A stretch of DNA of 64,000 nt from Octopus sinensis (Eukaryota): NCBI RefSeq assembly GCF_006345805.1, contig NC_042997.1, forward strand, positions 70,556,001 through 70,620,000. The letters run 5' to 3'. Position numbers and translations under genes: made by a program. The notes below the pieces were generated by a model that was given only the letters and a program-made list of their open reading frames with translations, ran no database searches and was not told the DNA's origin. Positions 40,827-55,370 of the stretch are shown piece after piece (positions within the stretch are counted from its first letter, which is position 1; each line of letters opens with the position of its first letter).

Positions 40827-40879
40827 TATACCCACCTATATATATATATATATATATATCAATAAATATAGTTACAAAT

Positions 40880-41900
40880 ACATTAAAGGCAGTCTACCAT
40901 CGTGTCAGAACTTGGGAAAGGAAAAACGGCCATAGAAATATCAATAATTCTAGGAAGAGATTACCGAACAGTGAAGAAATATGTGCAGTCTCCTATTTTT
41001 GTCTGGTCGAGGACAGATAAGAGTAAGTCGAGGGTTGCTTCGAATCGTACTCTGTAAACATGTGAAAAGCAAAGTTGTGCGGAACCTATGTCTGACAAGT
41101 AGAGAAGTTTTCAAACGTTGTGGCAAGGAAGGCGTAGCGAAAACTGCCATGTGACGCCTCTTGAAGCAGGTAGCCAGGAATGTTAAACCTGTTACTAGAG
41201 GAAGAGGCCGAAATGGGCAGAATAATACATGAAGATAGATTTTTCAACAGTTCTGTTCACTGACGAATTCCGTGCTACCCTTGACGGACCAGATGGCTGG
41301 AGTAAAGGTTGGGAATCAATCAGCGGGAACCGTCCTCATAGTTTGAAACGCCAACAAGGGGAGGTGGGTCATGTTTTGGGCTGGCATCGTTGGTGGTATG
41401 ATGGTCGGACCATGGATGGTCCCAGATGACATTAAGATGACATCGAAAACATATGTTTCCTTCTGAAAGAACAATTTCCAACCGTCGTTCAAAACGCAAG
41501 ATCTTTCATTCTAGAGAAAGTTGGTCTTTATGCAAGTGTCCTAAAGAGGCGCGTTTACCAAGATGGACGACTTTTTACAAGTACAGTTGCCCTCTAGGAT
41601 GCTATTGAAGATGTTTCTCAAAGCATGACGCAAGAGGATATCTTCACCTTGACTAATTCAAAGGATCAGTGCGTAAGGAGGTTTATTGCATGTGGAGGAT
41701 CATACATAAAACATTAGCAACTGCATGACAACATAATCCCATGATTATTTTCATTCGAACGTATTTACCATTAATTTTTTTTTATGAATTTTTTTTGTTA
41801 AACATTTACTGTTGAATTAAATAAACGTTTGTTATGACACAATTATCACTTTTATTATATTTGCCTAATAATTTGTGGCGGTGAAAATGTTACACAATTA
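40880..41900 (+). pseudogene. Tc1-like transposase, decayed
   Basis: STIVSELGKGKTAIEIS...RTVKKYV...MKIDFSTVLFTDEFRATLDGPDGWSKGW...KRQQG.. across frameshifts. Confidence 0.8.
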
Positions 41901-42182
41901 CAAAAATGGTCACAATTTGTTGGCGCCTGCGCAGATCCAATGTATTTTGTCAGAATGCGCGCAGATAGTTATTGTCATCAGTCAGTGGGAAAACAATGGT
42001 TTTGAACGAATATACATTTATTTACTGAGAGAAGATTAATTTGCCTGATAATGTGGGACGCAGTGTATACAGTATATGTATTTGTGTGTGTGTGTATGTG
42101 TGTGTATGCGTGTGTGTATGTGTGTGTAGGTGTGTGTTCACATATATACTTGTATATATCTTTAAATATATATGTATATACT

Positions 42183-42241
<59 letters not shown>

Positions 42242-43219
42242 CTGTGTGATTGTGTGTGTGTTTGTATTCGCCTGTAAGTGTGTATATACTTACATATGGT
42301 GTTTGCACTTGATTTATATACATTACTGTTACTATTACGAGTACTCCAACCACAAAAGCTATGTATTAATGAAGTTTCCGTATGATAGCTTAAAGTCATG
42401 TTTTTACATCAGATTTCTTTTGTCAACAGCCGAAGTCTTTTTATTTTATATTTCACAGCAAAGTTATCATCAAAGGATATCGTAATAAAATTGTAATAAA
42501 TTATTACACACACATGTAAGAGTATAAACTCGAAACATAAGCATACGCACACACAGATATAGTTGTGCGTCTGTGAGCATGTGTGTGTGACTAGGAATGA
42601 AGTATATATGTGTGTATGTTTGTGTGTGTATATGTATATATGTATGTATGTGTGTATGAATAGTAATCGCGAGTTGTTATATATAGACATCTTCATGTCA
42701 TCAACAGGATGTCACGGAACCTCCGCTAGCATTCTTGCACGGGGCGTAACAGTCGGCACTTCTGTAGCGTTTATCAGATAATAGCGGTGTCTAACGTCAA
42801 GAGCGAAGGAAGGACGGAGGCAGACGGAAGAGATAGTAAAATAGGGATTTTGTTGCTCGTCGGTGTATGCGTCTGTTTGTATGGAGGAGCACTTTAATAT
42901 ATATCTCTAAGTATGCGCGCCATGATGTATGTGCGTAAATGTCTGTGTGTTTCAGCATGTATGTGTGTGTGTGTGTGTGTGTACGTGTACACATACATAT
43001 ATATATAAGTTTATGTATGAAGTTTGTGTGTGCCTATGTATTTTAAATAATTGAATACAAGGGGAGTGTTTCTAGGTTTAAGAACTGGATTCAGGATAAA
43101 GAAAGATTTAGTGAATCGTTTATATTTATACTGTAAAAGAGCGATGACATATATATATGTATATATCTATGTGAGTGTGTGCATGCATATATATATATGT
43201 ATGCATATTTCTCTATACA

Positions 43220-44330
43220 CGCACACATACATACACAGACGTACATATACACATACACAAAAAGCACGCACTCGCGCACACACATGAGTACACATATACC
43301 TCTCACATACACCACACACATACACACAAAACGCATACATGCACATGCATACACACACAATCATGCACACTCATACACACACGCACATACACACGCCCAC
43401 ACGCGCATACACGCGCGGACACACACGCTCGCACACAGGAACGCACAGATACCACCACATAACACAACCCCACGCACACTCATATGTACACACGCTCATA
43501 CACGCACACGCACACATACACACACGCATACATACATACGCACAGCTACACGTATGCGCACACGTCAATGCCCATATAACTCAAATATACTTCCCACGCA
43601 CACGACACACAGACAACACGCACATACATGCACACATAACACAACACAAACACCTATACACTCGCACACACTCACATACATCCACGCGTACACACACGCA
43701 CATCCGCACACGCGCGCACAGGAATGCACGCACACCCAACAGACAAAAGCCCACGCAAACAGCTACATACAAACAAAGGCACATATGCACGCACACATGT
43801 ACACAGAACTACACGCACATACACACGTACGCGCACACACGAACAAGAACGCACAGAAACCTCCACACACACACAACCCCTCGTTCATATACACTTACAC
43901 ACGCACACACACATATACACACACGCGCACACATACACACATGTACACACGCACATACACACGCGCACACACACATATGCACATGCACACGCACACACGC
44001 ACACACACACGCACATGAACGCACACATACAACACAGTCATATATACACGCACACACATACTTCAAACTGCCAGTCAAACACCTTTGTGCTGACCATTCC
44101 TCTACGCACGAGTGAAGAGACACACAACTACACAAAGCATCGCCACTCCTGTTACCACGCTGCTGAATTCTTCCTACATCATTAAGAGACACAAAGTTCA
44201 CTCACACATACATATAAAATAGCCAAAATCACACAAACACCACGCACACAATACAAACACACACATACACACACACGTGATATTACACACAGAGAGACTT
44301 GTGCGCATGCACATACCCACACATACAGAA
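43220..44330. repeat. ~1.1 kb degenerate (CA/CG/TA) low-complexity tract
   Basis: Directly visible; yields the spurious 279 and 258 aa His/Thr ORFs. Confidence 0.9.
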
Positions 44331-45210
44331 GCATACCCCCTTTTCTTACTCTTTCCTGTCTTAGAAAGAATTTTTCTTTACCCATTCCGTTCCGGTCATT
44401 TCAAAATGCAGCCACATGTGGATGGTTGGTGATTTTCTTCCCTCATCTTCCTTTCTATTTGGACTTTCCTCTGTTACTCGAAACGTTAAACCATCTTTCT
44501 TTCCTTTCCTGACCGTCTGCTAATACTTTATGTGTAGCACGTCCTCGCGTTGTAGTTTTATCATGTTTATTCTTCTTTTTGGATTTACATACATACATAC
44601 ATACATATATGTGTATGTGTTTGTTATAGTTTTGAAGGTGTAACGAAATCGCTTTCCCTCAGTCACTCAGCGACATATACTTCGAAGTTACTGGACTTCC
44701 GCTTACCATAACTATTAAATTTGAAGCTGATTTTTTCTTATCTTATAACTCTAAGTACCAAACGTTTTGTTAAATTAAACCACGCGACATGATTTTGGTG
44801 CTCAAGTTGCTGGATATACTAAGCAAATTTCACTGAAAGCGCATTCCTACTGTCTTATAAAATGAAACCTATATTGGATGATGTAATATTTTCGAGCATT
44901 AGTTCATTCTCAATTCCGTTACTCTATATTTGTCCATGTGTAACTTGGTGGTAAACAACACCAAAAATAACCCAGTGTTCTGAAGGTGGAAATTAGTTTC
45001 GATATTTGCACATTTATCCTATGAGAATGATTCAGCGTAAGTCAAAATTATGGTACCGTATGTTAAAACTTCTTAATGGCAAATAGTTTCTCACTTTTGC
45101 TAGTTCATATATTTTCGTTATTTAACATATATTTGTTAGTGGCGAAGGTAAAGTATGCACAATACCCACTTCTAGTTTTTTTTTTCCAAATTTTTTCAGA
45201 TTTCTGTTTT

Positions 45211-46646
45211 CGATATAGGAGAATGCGATTTTGCCCAAAAATCATGCTTTCAAAATTTTTATTTCCTCCATCCCCTCCCGACCCCAATTTCTTAATTTTT
45301 AACTTTTTTCGATATTTTTAAAAATTTAATCCACGTAGAAATATACAGAGATTACAAATCTGGGGATTTTTTAGCTTTAAAGTTTCATTTTTCTTAAATG
45401 TCTCTCTTCCCACCTCAGCTGTCCATCACTTCCCCGCTTTCAAAAATTTTAAATCTCCGAATATTTCACTTTAGTCTGATGTTTCACGCATGCGTAGAAT
45501 TGTACTGAAATAGCAGACGTCAAAAATATTAGACCACCACCAAAAAAACCGACATGCTAAAAACAACAGCTAAACGACATTATTTCTGGAAAAATTTTCC
45601 CGCTTTCAAAAAAGCTAGAAGTGAAGCATTCGGAGTTTTTATCTTTTTGAAGGCTGGGATGTGATGGGAGGAGGTCGGGGATGGGGATTTGAGTATCTCT
45701 TTAAGAAAAATTTGTAATCTTTGTACTTTTCTACGTTAATTATACACACACACACACACAAAGAATTCGGAGAAAGTTAAGCATTTTAATATTGGGGTTG
45801 GGAGGGGTGGAATTATATACTTTGAAAACGTGATTTTTAGGTAAAATCCTAATCTTCTATATCGAAAACATAGAAACCAAAAGAAATTTTGGAAAAAAGG
45901 GTGGGGCACAAATCTCACCTCCGACATGCTAGAAACAACAGCTAAACGACACGTGCTTCGATCAGAACTCCGCCGAACTTTTTTTTATCACGTAATTCGT
46001 ATAGAAACTTAAGAGGAAGATTTTCAGAAACCGCGCCCCACTCCACTTATTTTCCGACAATTTCTTCGTATTCCAATATTTTCGATATAGGAAATTAAGA
46101 TCTTGCCCCCAAAACACGTTTTCAAAATTTTCCCCCCTCTCACCCCAATTTTTAAATTTTAAATTTTTTTCAGATTTTTTTTTTTTTTGTAATCCACGTA
46201 TAAAAATAGAGATGACGAATCTTTCAGAATTTGTCTTTTTATTTTTCTTAAAGAAACACTTAAATCCCCTTCGCTAACTTCCAGCCACTTCCCTATTCCC
46301 TACTTTCAAAAAGATAGAAATTTCAAATGTTTCACTTTTATCTTTTTTGATAGCGGAGAAGTTTTTTTCATAAATATTGTCGTTTAACTGTTGTTTCTAG
46401 CATGTCGGTTTTTCTGGTGGTAGTCTGATATTTTTGACGTCTGCTATTTCCGTAGAATTCTACGTATGCGTGAAACATTAGACGAAAGTGAAACATTCGG
46501 AGTTTTTAGCTTTTTGAAAGCGGGGAAGTGATTGGAAGGGACATTGAGTGTTTCTTTAAGAGAAATTAAAAATTAAGAAATTGGAGTGGGAGGGAAATTA
46601 AAATTTTGTAAGCGTGAGTTTTGGGCAAAATTGCATTCTTCTATAT
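45211..46646. mobile_element. ~1.4 kb modular foldback (FB-like) element
   Basis: Outer IR atataggagaatgcgattttgcccaaaa / ttttgggcaaaattgcattcttctatat. Inner IR about 45430-45600 vs 46370-46530. The subrepeat gacatgcta.aaacaacagctaaacgaca occurs at about 45550 and 45922, and inverted at about 46378. Confidence 0.7.
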
Positions 46647-47299
46647 AAAGGAAATTGAAATCCGAGAAACTGTTTTTTTAAAAAAAGAACGGAAGTGTGT
46701 GGTGTGTACGCGCTTTACCTTCGCATGGTTATTTGGCATTATGTCCCTGTTCATTTCAATCGAACATACGGCACACAAGCATACAAACATTTTAGTATGT
46801 ATGTGTCTATGTATGCGTGTGCTTGTAAGCATAATTGGATCACGTGTGTGCCTTGGGTTAAGACATTTCTTTCTCGATCACAATCTTCTAAGTCAATTGT
46901 ACTACACTGTTTTCTGAATATATGTGTTCAACTAAAAATGCTCCAAGCCTTTTGAATAAGATCCGGGAGGCAATAATGTGACAACCTTGGCATTGGGTGT
47001 GCTTATGATTCCAAGATTTTACAGTAGGGCAACACAGTATCTCGCTGTTGTTCATGAAAGACTTCATCCATATGTCATTAGTATAAATCATGCTTTTGCA
47101 CTCTTATTCAATAAATAATTTACCCTGCTGACTCAGCAACTGCAATACAAGAATTATTGTCTGCACAAGTATGTACGTACACGAGACTGATGATATGATA
47201 CTGTGTCCAAAGAGAAAGTAAATTGTTTTAGAAATTAAATCATTCGAATACACCATTCATTTACATATTGGGTAAGAGAGTGTGTCATCAAAATCATAC

Positions 47300-47850
47300 A
47301 ATCTATAAATTGCTGCCCACGTGGTTAATGTTCTAGTTCTCATAGCTGAATTCATGGTGGAATTAGAGAGGAAATTCCTGGCATAGGAGCTAATTCTAGA
47401 ATTGAAAGACCACAATGTAAAATTAGCAAAGACTTAGTAAGGAGAAAAGAAAACAGGACCCTTCTATCTTGAAGGAAATGGCCTTGCTCTGTCTGCAGAA
47501 AAGAGTAGGTATAAATGTCATATATTATAACTCAATCTAAGCTATGGTCATAAAAGTGGTGTAATGGAATTACAGGCAGGCTAAGAAAGAAAGTAAGCTC
47601 CATATATGACAGACTAGCGAGAATGGTTTGTACAGCAAGCAGAGCGTGAAATAGATTCCCTCAAATCAAAGGATAATTTAATAGATTTAATCGAATTAGG
47701 GGTATAGTAGCTAAGGTAAAAATTAGTTGGGAAAAGTCCAGGATATTAATATTGCTGGTGACGATTAAGGTCTGCGCTCTCAGAATTAAAAAAGAAACAG
47801 TTATGTATTAGAATTCCGATACTGCATACAGAAGAATAGGTCACACCAAA
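47300..47850 (+). mobile_element. Decayed RTE-like LINE reverse-transcriptase fragment
   Basis: VLVLIAEFMVELERKF...NVKLAKT and IVAKVKISWEKSRILILLVTIKVCALRIK...ILHTEE resemble the DDLVLIAES..EL..KF / ARIR.GW.KFREL / MLHGSETW stretch of RTE RTs. Confidence 0.6.
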
Positions 47851-48042
47851 CCCTTATGCACCAGTCACTATATCCAACTTACCCGATTTTAGACCTACCA
47901 GATCTCTCTACTCTTACTAACTTCAAATTATCATCCTTCAACTGTTGTTCTTTCATTCATTCATTCCGCATTTCTGACCATCTCTTACTCTCATTTATAA
48001 TTTTGCGACCACTAGCCATTTCAATTCCTGTTCGCCAGTCTC

Positions 48043-48079
<37 letters not shown>

Positions 48080-48083
<4 letters not shown>

Positions 48084-48260
48084 TAATCCAAACATGAACA
48101 AAGAGAAAAGACAACGCGAGGACGTGGAACAAGTATAGTGTTATTGGACGCCCAGGAAAGGAAAGAAAGAAGGAGGATTTAACGTTTCGAAGGGAGCTCT
48201 TCGTTAGAAACATAGAAAAAGGAAAGGCCCATTGAAGGGAAGACGGAGGGAAAAAATCGC
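48080..48260 (-). mobile_element. PLE-like non-autonomous repeat with a decayed hammerhead core; partial sister at about 44480-44560 (+)
   Basis: The reverse complement reads tttCTAACGAAgagctcccttcGAAACGTTaaatcc (G5 mutated); sits in (TA)n. Confidence 0.45.
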
Positions 48261-48289
48261 CAACTATAAACACGCTGTCACATATTGAA

Positions 48290-48326
<37 letters not shown>

Positions 48327-49205
48327 ATATATGGGGAGGTGCATGTGTGTATATGTATTTGTATGTATATATATATGTGTGTGTGTGTGTGTATGTGTGT
48401 GTGTGTGTCTTCCTATGTATTTATAAATGTATGACTTTATAAGGGCTGTAAGTATTCCACATCAGGATTTCCAGTTATTATTTATGGATTTAGAGACAGC
48501 TGTCTTCAGGATGCTCGGTGGTAGTTGTTGAGGCAAAAGAGAAGACAGTCATATGTCACATAATGTGCAGCTTGAACGGTATAGTCTTCTCTCAATCGTC
48601 CATGGATATTAAAGAACATTTAGAAATAGGAAACCATAAGTGTTTACACACACAGTTTTGTCTGTCTATGAGAATGACTGCCATAAAATTTCTTTTATTA
48701 ACAAATGTATTATTCTAAAGGAACCAAAGCAAATGATGAGCTGAAAGACTAAGCTAAAACTGAAAAAAAAATACGTATATATTATCTCCTTTCGACATAA
48801 GTGACAAACCAATGGCTGATTTCATATTGCATGTGACATGGCGGTGGCTTATCTTTTGCATCAGCGAATTAGGAGTGCGTTGATGATCGCGACGTTCAAT
48901 TTCCAAGACATTGCGGTCAAAATTTAGGACAGAAAAAGATATACCAACGCAGAAAAGCACACACACGCATATCAAGATATACAAACGTATACATACTATT
49001 TACTATTATTTTCATTCCTTCACCAGTTTCAGCTCGAGGGCTGCGACTATATATAGGCATGTATGTATATATGTACGTACGTATGTATGTATGAATGTAT
49101 GTATGTATGTATTATGTATGTATGTATGTATATTTCTGAAGAAAGTGATGCTAATCACTCACGAGCCTGCTCCTCTTTTATACCCTCCTCCCATTTATGT
49201 ATATA

Positions 49206-49236
<31 letters not shown>

Positions 49237-49247
49237 GTGTAATAAAC

Positions 49248-49945
49248 ATATATGTACGTACCTACATCTACATGTATATATACATGCATATATAAATATA
49301 TATACGTGAGTACAGGACACCACAAAAAGACGTAGAACTCAACAGAAACGAAAACGGAAAAGCCATTTGTTTACAACAGAAAGACAGAGACGTGGAACAT
49401 GACGAGAACGAAAACGGGAAAAACAATATTTACAACAGAAAAACAAGGTACAGGACAAGCTACACAAGGAAAATCCCCAATCATCAGCTGTCGCTAGTAG
49501 ACTTAAGCGTGTTTCGAATGCAAGACAGGACACGACTCGCCAATACTAGGCCTTCCTGCGAGAGAATTAAAATAAAATAACCTCGCAGAGGGGTAAAACA
49601 GGCAGGAAAAAAATGTAACACAAATAGGATGTAACAATAAAACTGCACACTAAAATACAAGATAAAAATACATGTACAAGAAAATACAAAACGAGAAATA
49701 AAATACAATACGAGAAATCAAAATAAACAAGAAAACAAACGAGAAAAACAAACAGGAAGCCTTTGTTCTGGCTGGGACGGAAAAGGTTCTTGCAAGCGCA
49801 TGGAAACATGACTTTACGGTTTGAAAGCAGCGTGCAAAAGGATTTCTGTTGAGTTCTACGTCTTTTTGTGGTGTCCTGTACTCACGTATATATATTTATA
49901 TATGCATGTATATATACATGTAGATGTAGGTACGTACATATATGT
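49248..49945. mobile_element. Foldback element with ~100 bp perfect terminal inverted arms
   Basis: catatatgtacgtacctacatctacatg...gtacaggacaccacaaaaagacgtagaactcaacagaaa mirrored at 49843-49945. Confidence 0.85.
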
Positions 49946-50104
49946 TTGTATGTATGCATATATTATATTTATTACACTATTGTCTGACAGCGCTTCGCGT
50001 CGGGTTCGTTCGATTCTTCGTTTCGTTCCGTTTCTTATCCTCCCAGTATTGTTTTATATATATATATGTGTGTGTGAGTGTGGGTGCGTGTGTGTGTGTA
50101 TGTT

Positions 50105-50156
<52 letters not shown>

Positions 50157-50650
50157 TAACTATATACAACCATACAATTATACATACATAGATATATGCA
50201 TATATATACATGCATGTATGTGTGTATATAAAAACATATATATGTATATAGAGAGAGAGAGAAAGATAGATAGATAGATACATAGATACATAGATACATA
50301 CATACATGCATACATAACATACATACATACATACATGCATACATAACATACATACATACATACGTATATACATACTTACATAAACTTTCCAGAAGTTTGT
50401 GATTTAAATGCATATGACTATGTCTAGATATGCAACCATATGCATGAGAATACATACATAAAACCAAACATACGAATCTACACGTATACATGCATACAAA
50501 AATACACTGTTGATGTTGTTGAAATTCCAATGAAAGAGCCTGGGATCTAGGTTAGAAACCGGCTGTTTCTCTATTGGCAAGAAATCTTGATATAAAACTG
50601 AATACCTTCATTCATTCATTAATTCATACATACATACATACATACATACA

Positions 50651-50684
<34 letters not shown>

Positions 50685-50844
50685 CATACATACATGCACA
50701 CATACATACATACATGCACATATACATATATACATATATACATACATACATACATACATACATGCATACATGCATACATACATAGAAATATGGACACAGA
50801 GAGAGACAGACAGACATTAAGAAAGAAAGAAAGAAAGAAAGGAA

Positions 50845-50919
<75 letters not shown>

Positions 50920-52416
50920 TGAAAGAGATGTGTCAATTCACACAAAGAGGCATAATCATATGAGAATACGTGTTTGTTTCTATATTCATACTTACGCGTA
51001 TTTATGTATTTCTAAGAGTGAATCTCCGGGCGACATGAAACCGAAGATTAAACCGTAAAACAAGTACATAATGAACAAAGAGTTGGGGGATCAAATATGT
51101 ACGAATTATATACACTGTTGCTTAGATAAACCTCAACAAGGTTGACTGACAGATTGCCGCTGAATTTCTCTCATCTTCACAAGTCTATTCTATCATCTAA
51201 ATTTATCTCCCGAGGTGGAGCCACCGTCCACGTACCTACGCCCGCAATTTACACTTATTCACCCTATTTCTTTCTTTATTCTTATTTTTCTTGCATGGGT
51301 GCTGACTCTTGGCTTTACATTTTAGATTTCTAGATCTGTTTCTCTTTCAATATACGGAGAAAATTCTAGATTACATTTTCATTACCACTTACAGACGCTC
51401 CTGTACATGCCCAGTTGGCAACATCTCAAACAACAATGATTCTTATTAGATAAGTAAGATATTTTCGCTTTCAATATATACATTGCCATTTTGTGTTGTT
51501 TCTTTTTATTATTCAGCATTTGGCCTTTTTTCTTGTCATATTAAACATAATTTCTCTCGACAAATCATGCCTGTTTGTTCTTTAATGTTCATAATTGTTT
51601 GTTATATGACGCAAAGAAATGCATATTTCGTCTTCTTTTTCTGTTTCCCACAACTTTTACACTTCCATTTTCTTCTAATTACACTCATTCCCTCACACAC
51701 GTAAACAAACACACATACACACGCGTATTTATTCATGCATATAAGCACATACAGAAGTCTATACACATCACGCACGTATTTGTGAGTGTGTGTATATTTA
51801 TATATATGTGAGTGTGTGTATATATATATGCATGTATATATATACACACTCACTCATACATACACACACATACGTATATATTCATGCATGTATGTATTTA
51901 TGTATGTACGTATGTTAGACGAAAAACGTTTGTAAATGTACGTCTGTAAACGTGTTTTTCGCACTTGGGTAACATGATTAAATCTGGCTTCTTGGTTTTC
52001 CGTCTGAAGTACCACATTACATAAAAAAATATGATTAAAAAATAATAAAACATAATTACTTAAGATTCGCACGAGGCTTAAGACACGCGGCTCAAGATAA
52101 AATGTTGAATAATTTATTTTGTTCAACAGTTTAACACGGGTAATGTAGTTTAACTGGAGCCTAGCCGAATTTTTCAGTCTACAAATATATGATTTATCAT
52201 TTTAGCAACATGATAATAAAGAGCAGCATTTATATTAGTTGATTTTTGGTAATTAATTGTTTTATTGTAGAATTTGAAAGAACAGTTCTGAGTGACTGAA
52301 ATAAATATATAAACATTTACAAACATTGCTTGGGACACAATACAACATATTAAATATGTAAACATAAATATGCAGATGTGTGAATTCATACACACATACA
52401 TACACGCATGCATATA

Positions 52417-52469
<53 letters not shown>

Positions 52470-53754
52470 TGAATATTTTGTTGTGCCTAGTAAGAGTCAT
52501 TATGCCAATATAATATATATGTATGCATGCATATACATATACGTTTATATACATACATATGCATATACATACATACATACATGTATGTATGCATACATGT
52601 ATGCGTATTTGTGTATGTGTGTATAAATAAATATATTCTAAAACTGCATTACAAGTGTAATGTTTCTTCAAGTCAAGAGAGATTAAAATTATTTAGCCTT
52701 ACTTCCTCGGAGGCTGAAATCCATGTAAAAGTAAGAAATACCTCTACCATAACTATAACAATACCCTATTCAGAATAATACATTCACTGATATTTCAAAA
52801 GGTTCCAGATTTCAAAGAAATGCGGCAAATGCAATTGATGCGGTGTTAAATTTAAATAGCCAACTATGTATCATATTTAATGCATATACACTGTTGACAG
52901 AAAGGATACTGCAATTTTCTTCTGAGATAAAATCTCTTATAGAAGTACTGTTTTGTAAAACACGATATATATATATCAAAGGGAGACGATTGTCCCGATG
53001 CATTTCGGCTCCCTTTGACCTTGTCGATGACATTTACTCGCAGGCACATGCTTAATCCTCGTTTCCAGATGAATGAAAGCCAAATCGGCCGCCTGTAGGA
53101 CATGAACAAAAACAAAAGCCAAAATGAGTGATATAAATAGAATTGGGTAGTTATATTTTGTGCATTACCGCTTTTACCGCTCCACTAATTTTGAATGGGA
53201 TTTTTATTAAGGATTTCTAACTTTGATAGTTTACAAATATCCGTGTTGTGAAGTAGTTGATTGTATCGTTAGCAGTGTTAGCTACAACAGAAGAATCGAA
53301 GCCCCTGTCATGCCATGTCATTGTCCACCAAGGGAATTTTTATACAGCTGCTTTAGATTTTCAAAATAACAGGTTATAGAAAAGTGCATTTTGTATAATG
53401 CATCCTAAGGTCCTCCGGACATCGGAAAATCTGGGGATTGCTACAGCTAGAATGTATTTAATCGGTTTTTTTGTTCAGCTATAACTTACAACTAAAAAAC
53501 AATCTTGTATGCCACTCAATATTCTGCTTATTGTAAAAAGCAAAAAAAAAAAAACAACTATAGTTAATTTATTCATCCTGACAAGTAGTATTTTTACGCC
53601 ATCTAAACACGACTGTTCCTAGGAACCAACGATACTGCAATTTTAAACTCAGGAGGTTATCTCCTCAAGCTGGTTACACTGTGCACTCTGCATTTGATAT
53701 ATATTGCAAGCAGGGAGAGAACTATACACACACACGTGTGCGTGTATATATATA

Positions 53755-53820
<66 letters not shown>

Positions 53821-54204
53821 GATATTCAGTTATGAATCACATATATGTAGTCATTATTGTTGCTTTGGATATATTTGTTATTGCTGATCACACAAACAGA
53901 TCAAGGATCCAAATTTCTACTCTTCTTCAGGATACCTAAGACTTCCTATAATACTTAATGTACCCTTTTTATTTATTTATTTATTTTGTTAGAATGTAGG
54001 ATAGGGTTTTAAGAGAATTTGCTTGCTTTTACAGGTTGAGTGGCAATCTTTGCTGGCTTGTAATGTTGAGTTTCCTGAGACTGCTTTCAGCAGGGAAAAC
54101 GTTGATGTCGTAGGCAGAACACAGAAAAGGTAAGTATTGAAACTGAAATGAAATATACTTGATAGAAATATTAGTTTCTAATTTTGGCACAATCCAGCAA
54201 GTTC

Positions 54205-55370
54205 GGCTAGAGAGTGGCTCGTCGATTAGTTTGACAGCAATGATAAAGTTCTTATTGACCCCGAAAGGTTGAAAGGCAAAATCAAATCCTCGGCGGAATT
54301 CGAACTCAGAAAGTAAAGACGGGCGAAATACCACTATGCATTTTTGCCAGACGTGCTAACGTTTCTGACAGCTCACTGCCTTAAACTTGACTGAAATATT
54401 AAAATATAATAACGTTTCAAATATAAGAACATGCTTGAGTGTCGATCGACATCCTAAATCCATATATGATTCCTACTTATTTTATCGAATACGGCACACA
54501 AGAAAAACAATAAATTCAGATTCTTTCGAACACACAACTTCAAGGGACGAAATAACTGAAGACTCCGCTTTTTGTCAGAAGACTTTAGATTATGCCAACC
54601 AACATTTTCAATATGGAAATAAAATATTGATCTAAAATTCTTATAGAAATATAACGTGGATTTATTACATTTTATAGAATCTTCCATGCTTTGTCCATCA
54701 AACATTTCAGTTAATAATATTGCGTTCAAAGTTTGGAGTAAGGCCAACAATTTCGGAAGAGGGATAGGTCGATTAGATCACCTCCAATCCTCAATAGGTA
54801 ATTATTTTATCAAGCCTGAAAAGCTGAAAGACAAATTCGACCCTGGCGAAATTTGAACTCAGAACGTTAAGATGGACGAAATGACGCCAAACATTATGCT
54901 TAGTATCCTGACGATGTTGCCAGTTCGCCACCTTCACTTTAGATGATAATACTTATACCAAATTTTGACACAAGACCAGCAATCTCAGAGAAGGAGGTGA
55001 GTCGATTACATCGACCAGTACTCAAGTCGCACTTATTTATCAACTCCTAAAGGATGAGAAGCAAATTCGACCTCGGTGGAATTTGAACTCAGAACGTAAA
55101 GAGGGACGAAAAGCCGCTAATCATATTGTCCGACGCAGTAACGATTCTGCCGGTTCACCGCCTTATTCCAGTTGATAATAATCATTTCTATTTAAGGCAC
55201 AAGGCCTGAACTTTTGGGGGAAGGGACTAGTAGATTACATCGACCTCAACTGATACTTCTTTTGTCGATCCATAACAGATGAAAGGGAAAGTCGACTTCG
55301 GCGGAATTTGAACTCAGAGCGTAAAAGATGGAAGATATGCCACTAAGCATTTTGCCCACTATTCTACCAG
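54205..55370 (-). mobile_element. Cluster of four diverged same-strand copies of the second SINE family
   Basis: gaa(t)ttgaactcaga motif at about 54296, 54850, 55080 and 55305, each followed by the reverse-complemented tRNA-like head. Confidence 0.75.

Noticed and set aside
43179-44185. Long His/Thr-rich ORFs (279, 258 and 153 aa)
   Set aside because: Translation of a degenerate (CA)n tract; stop-free in several frames for compositional reasons.
52860-53095. Strong-looking minus-strand splice acceptor (ttttgtttttgttcatgtcctacag) and downstream frames
   Set aside because: No identifiable protein or clear donor in any frame.
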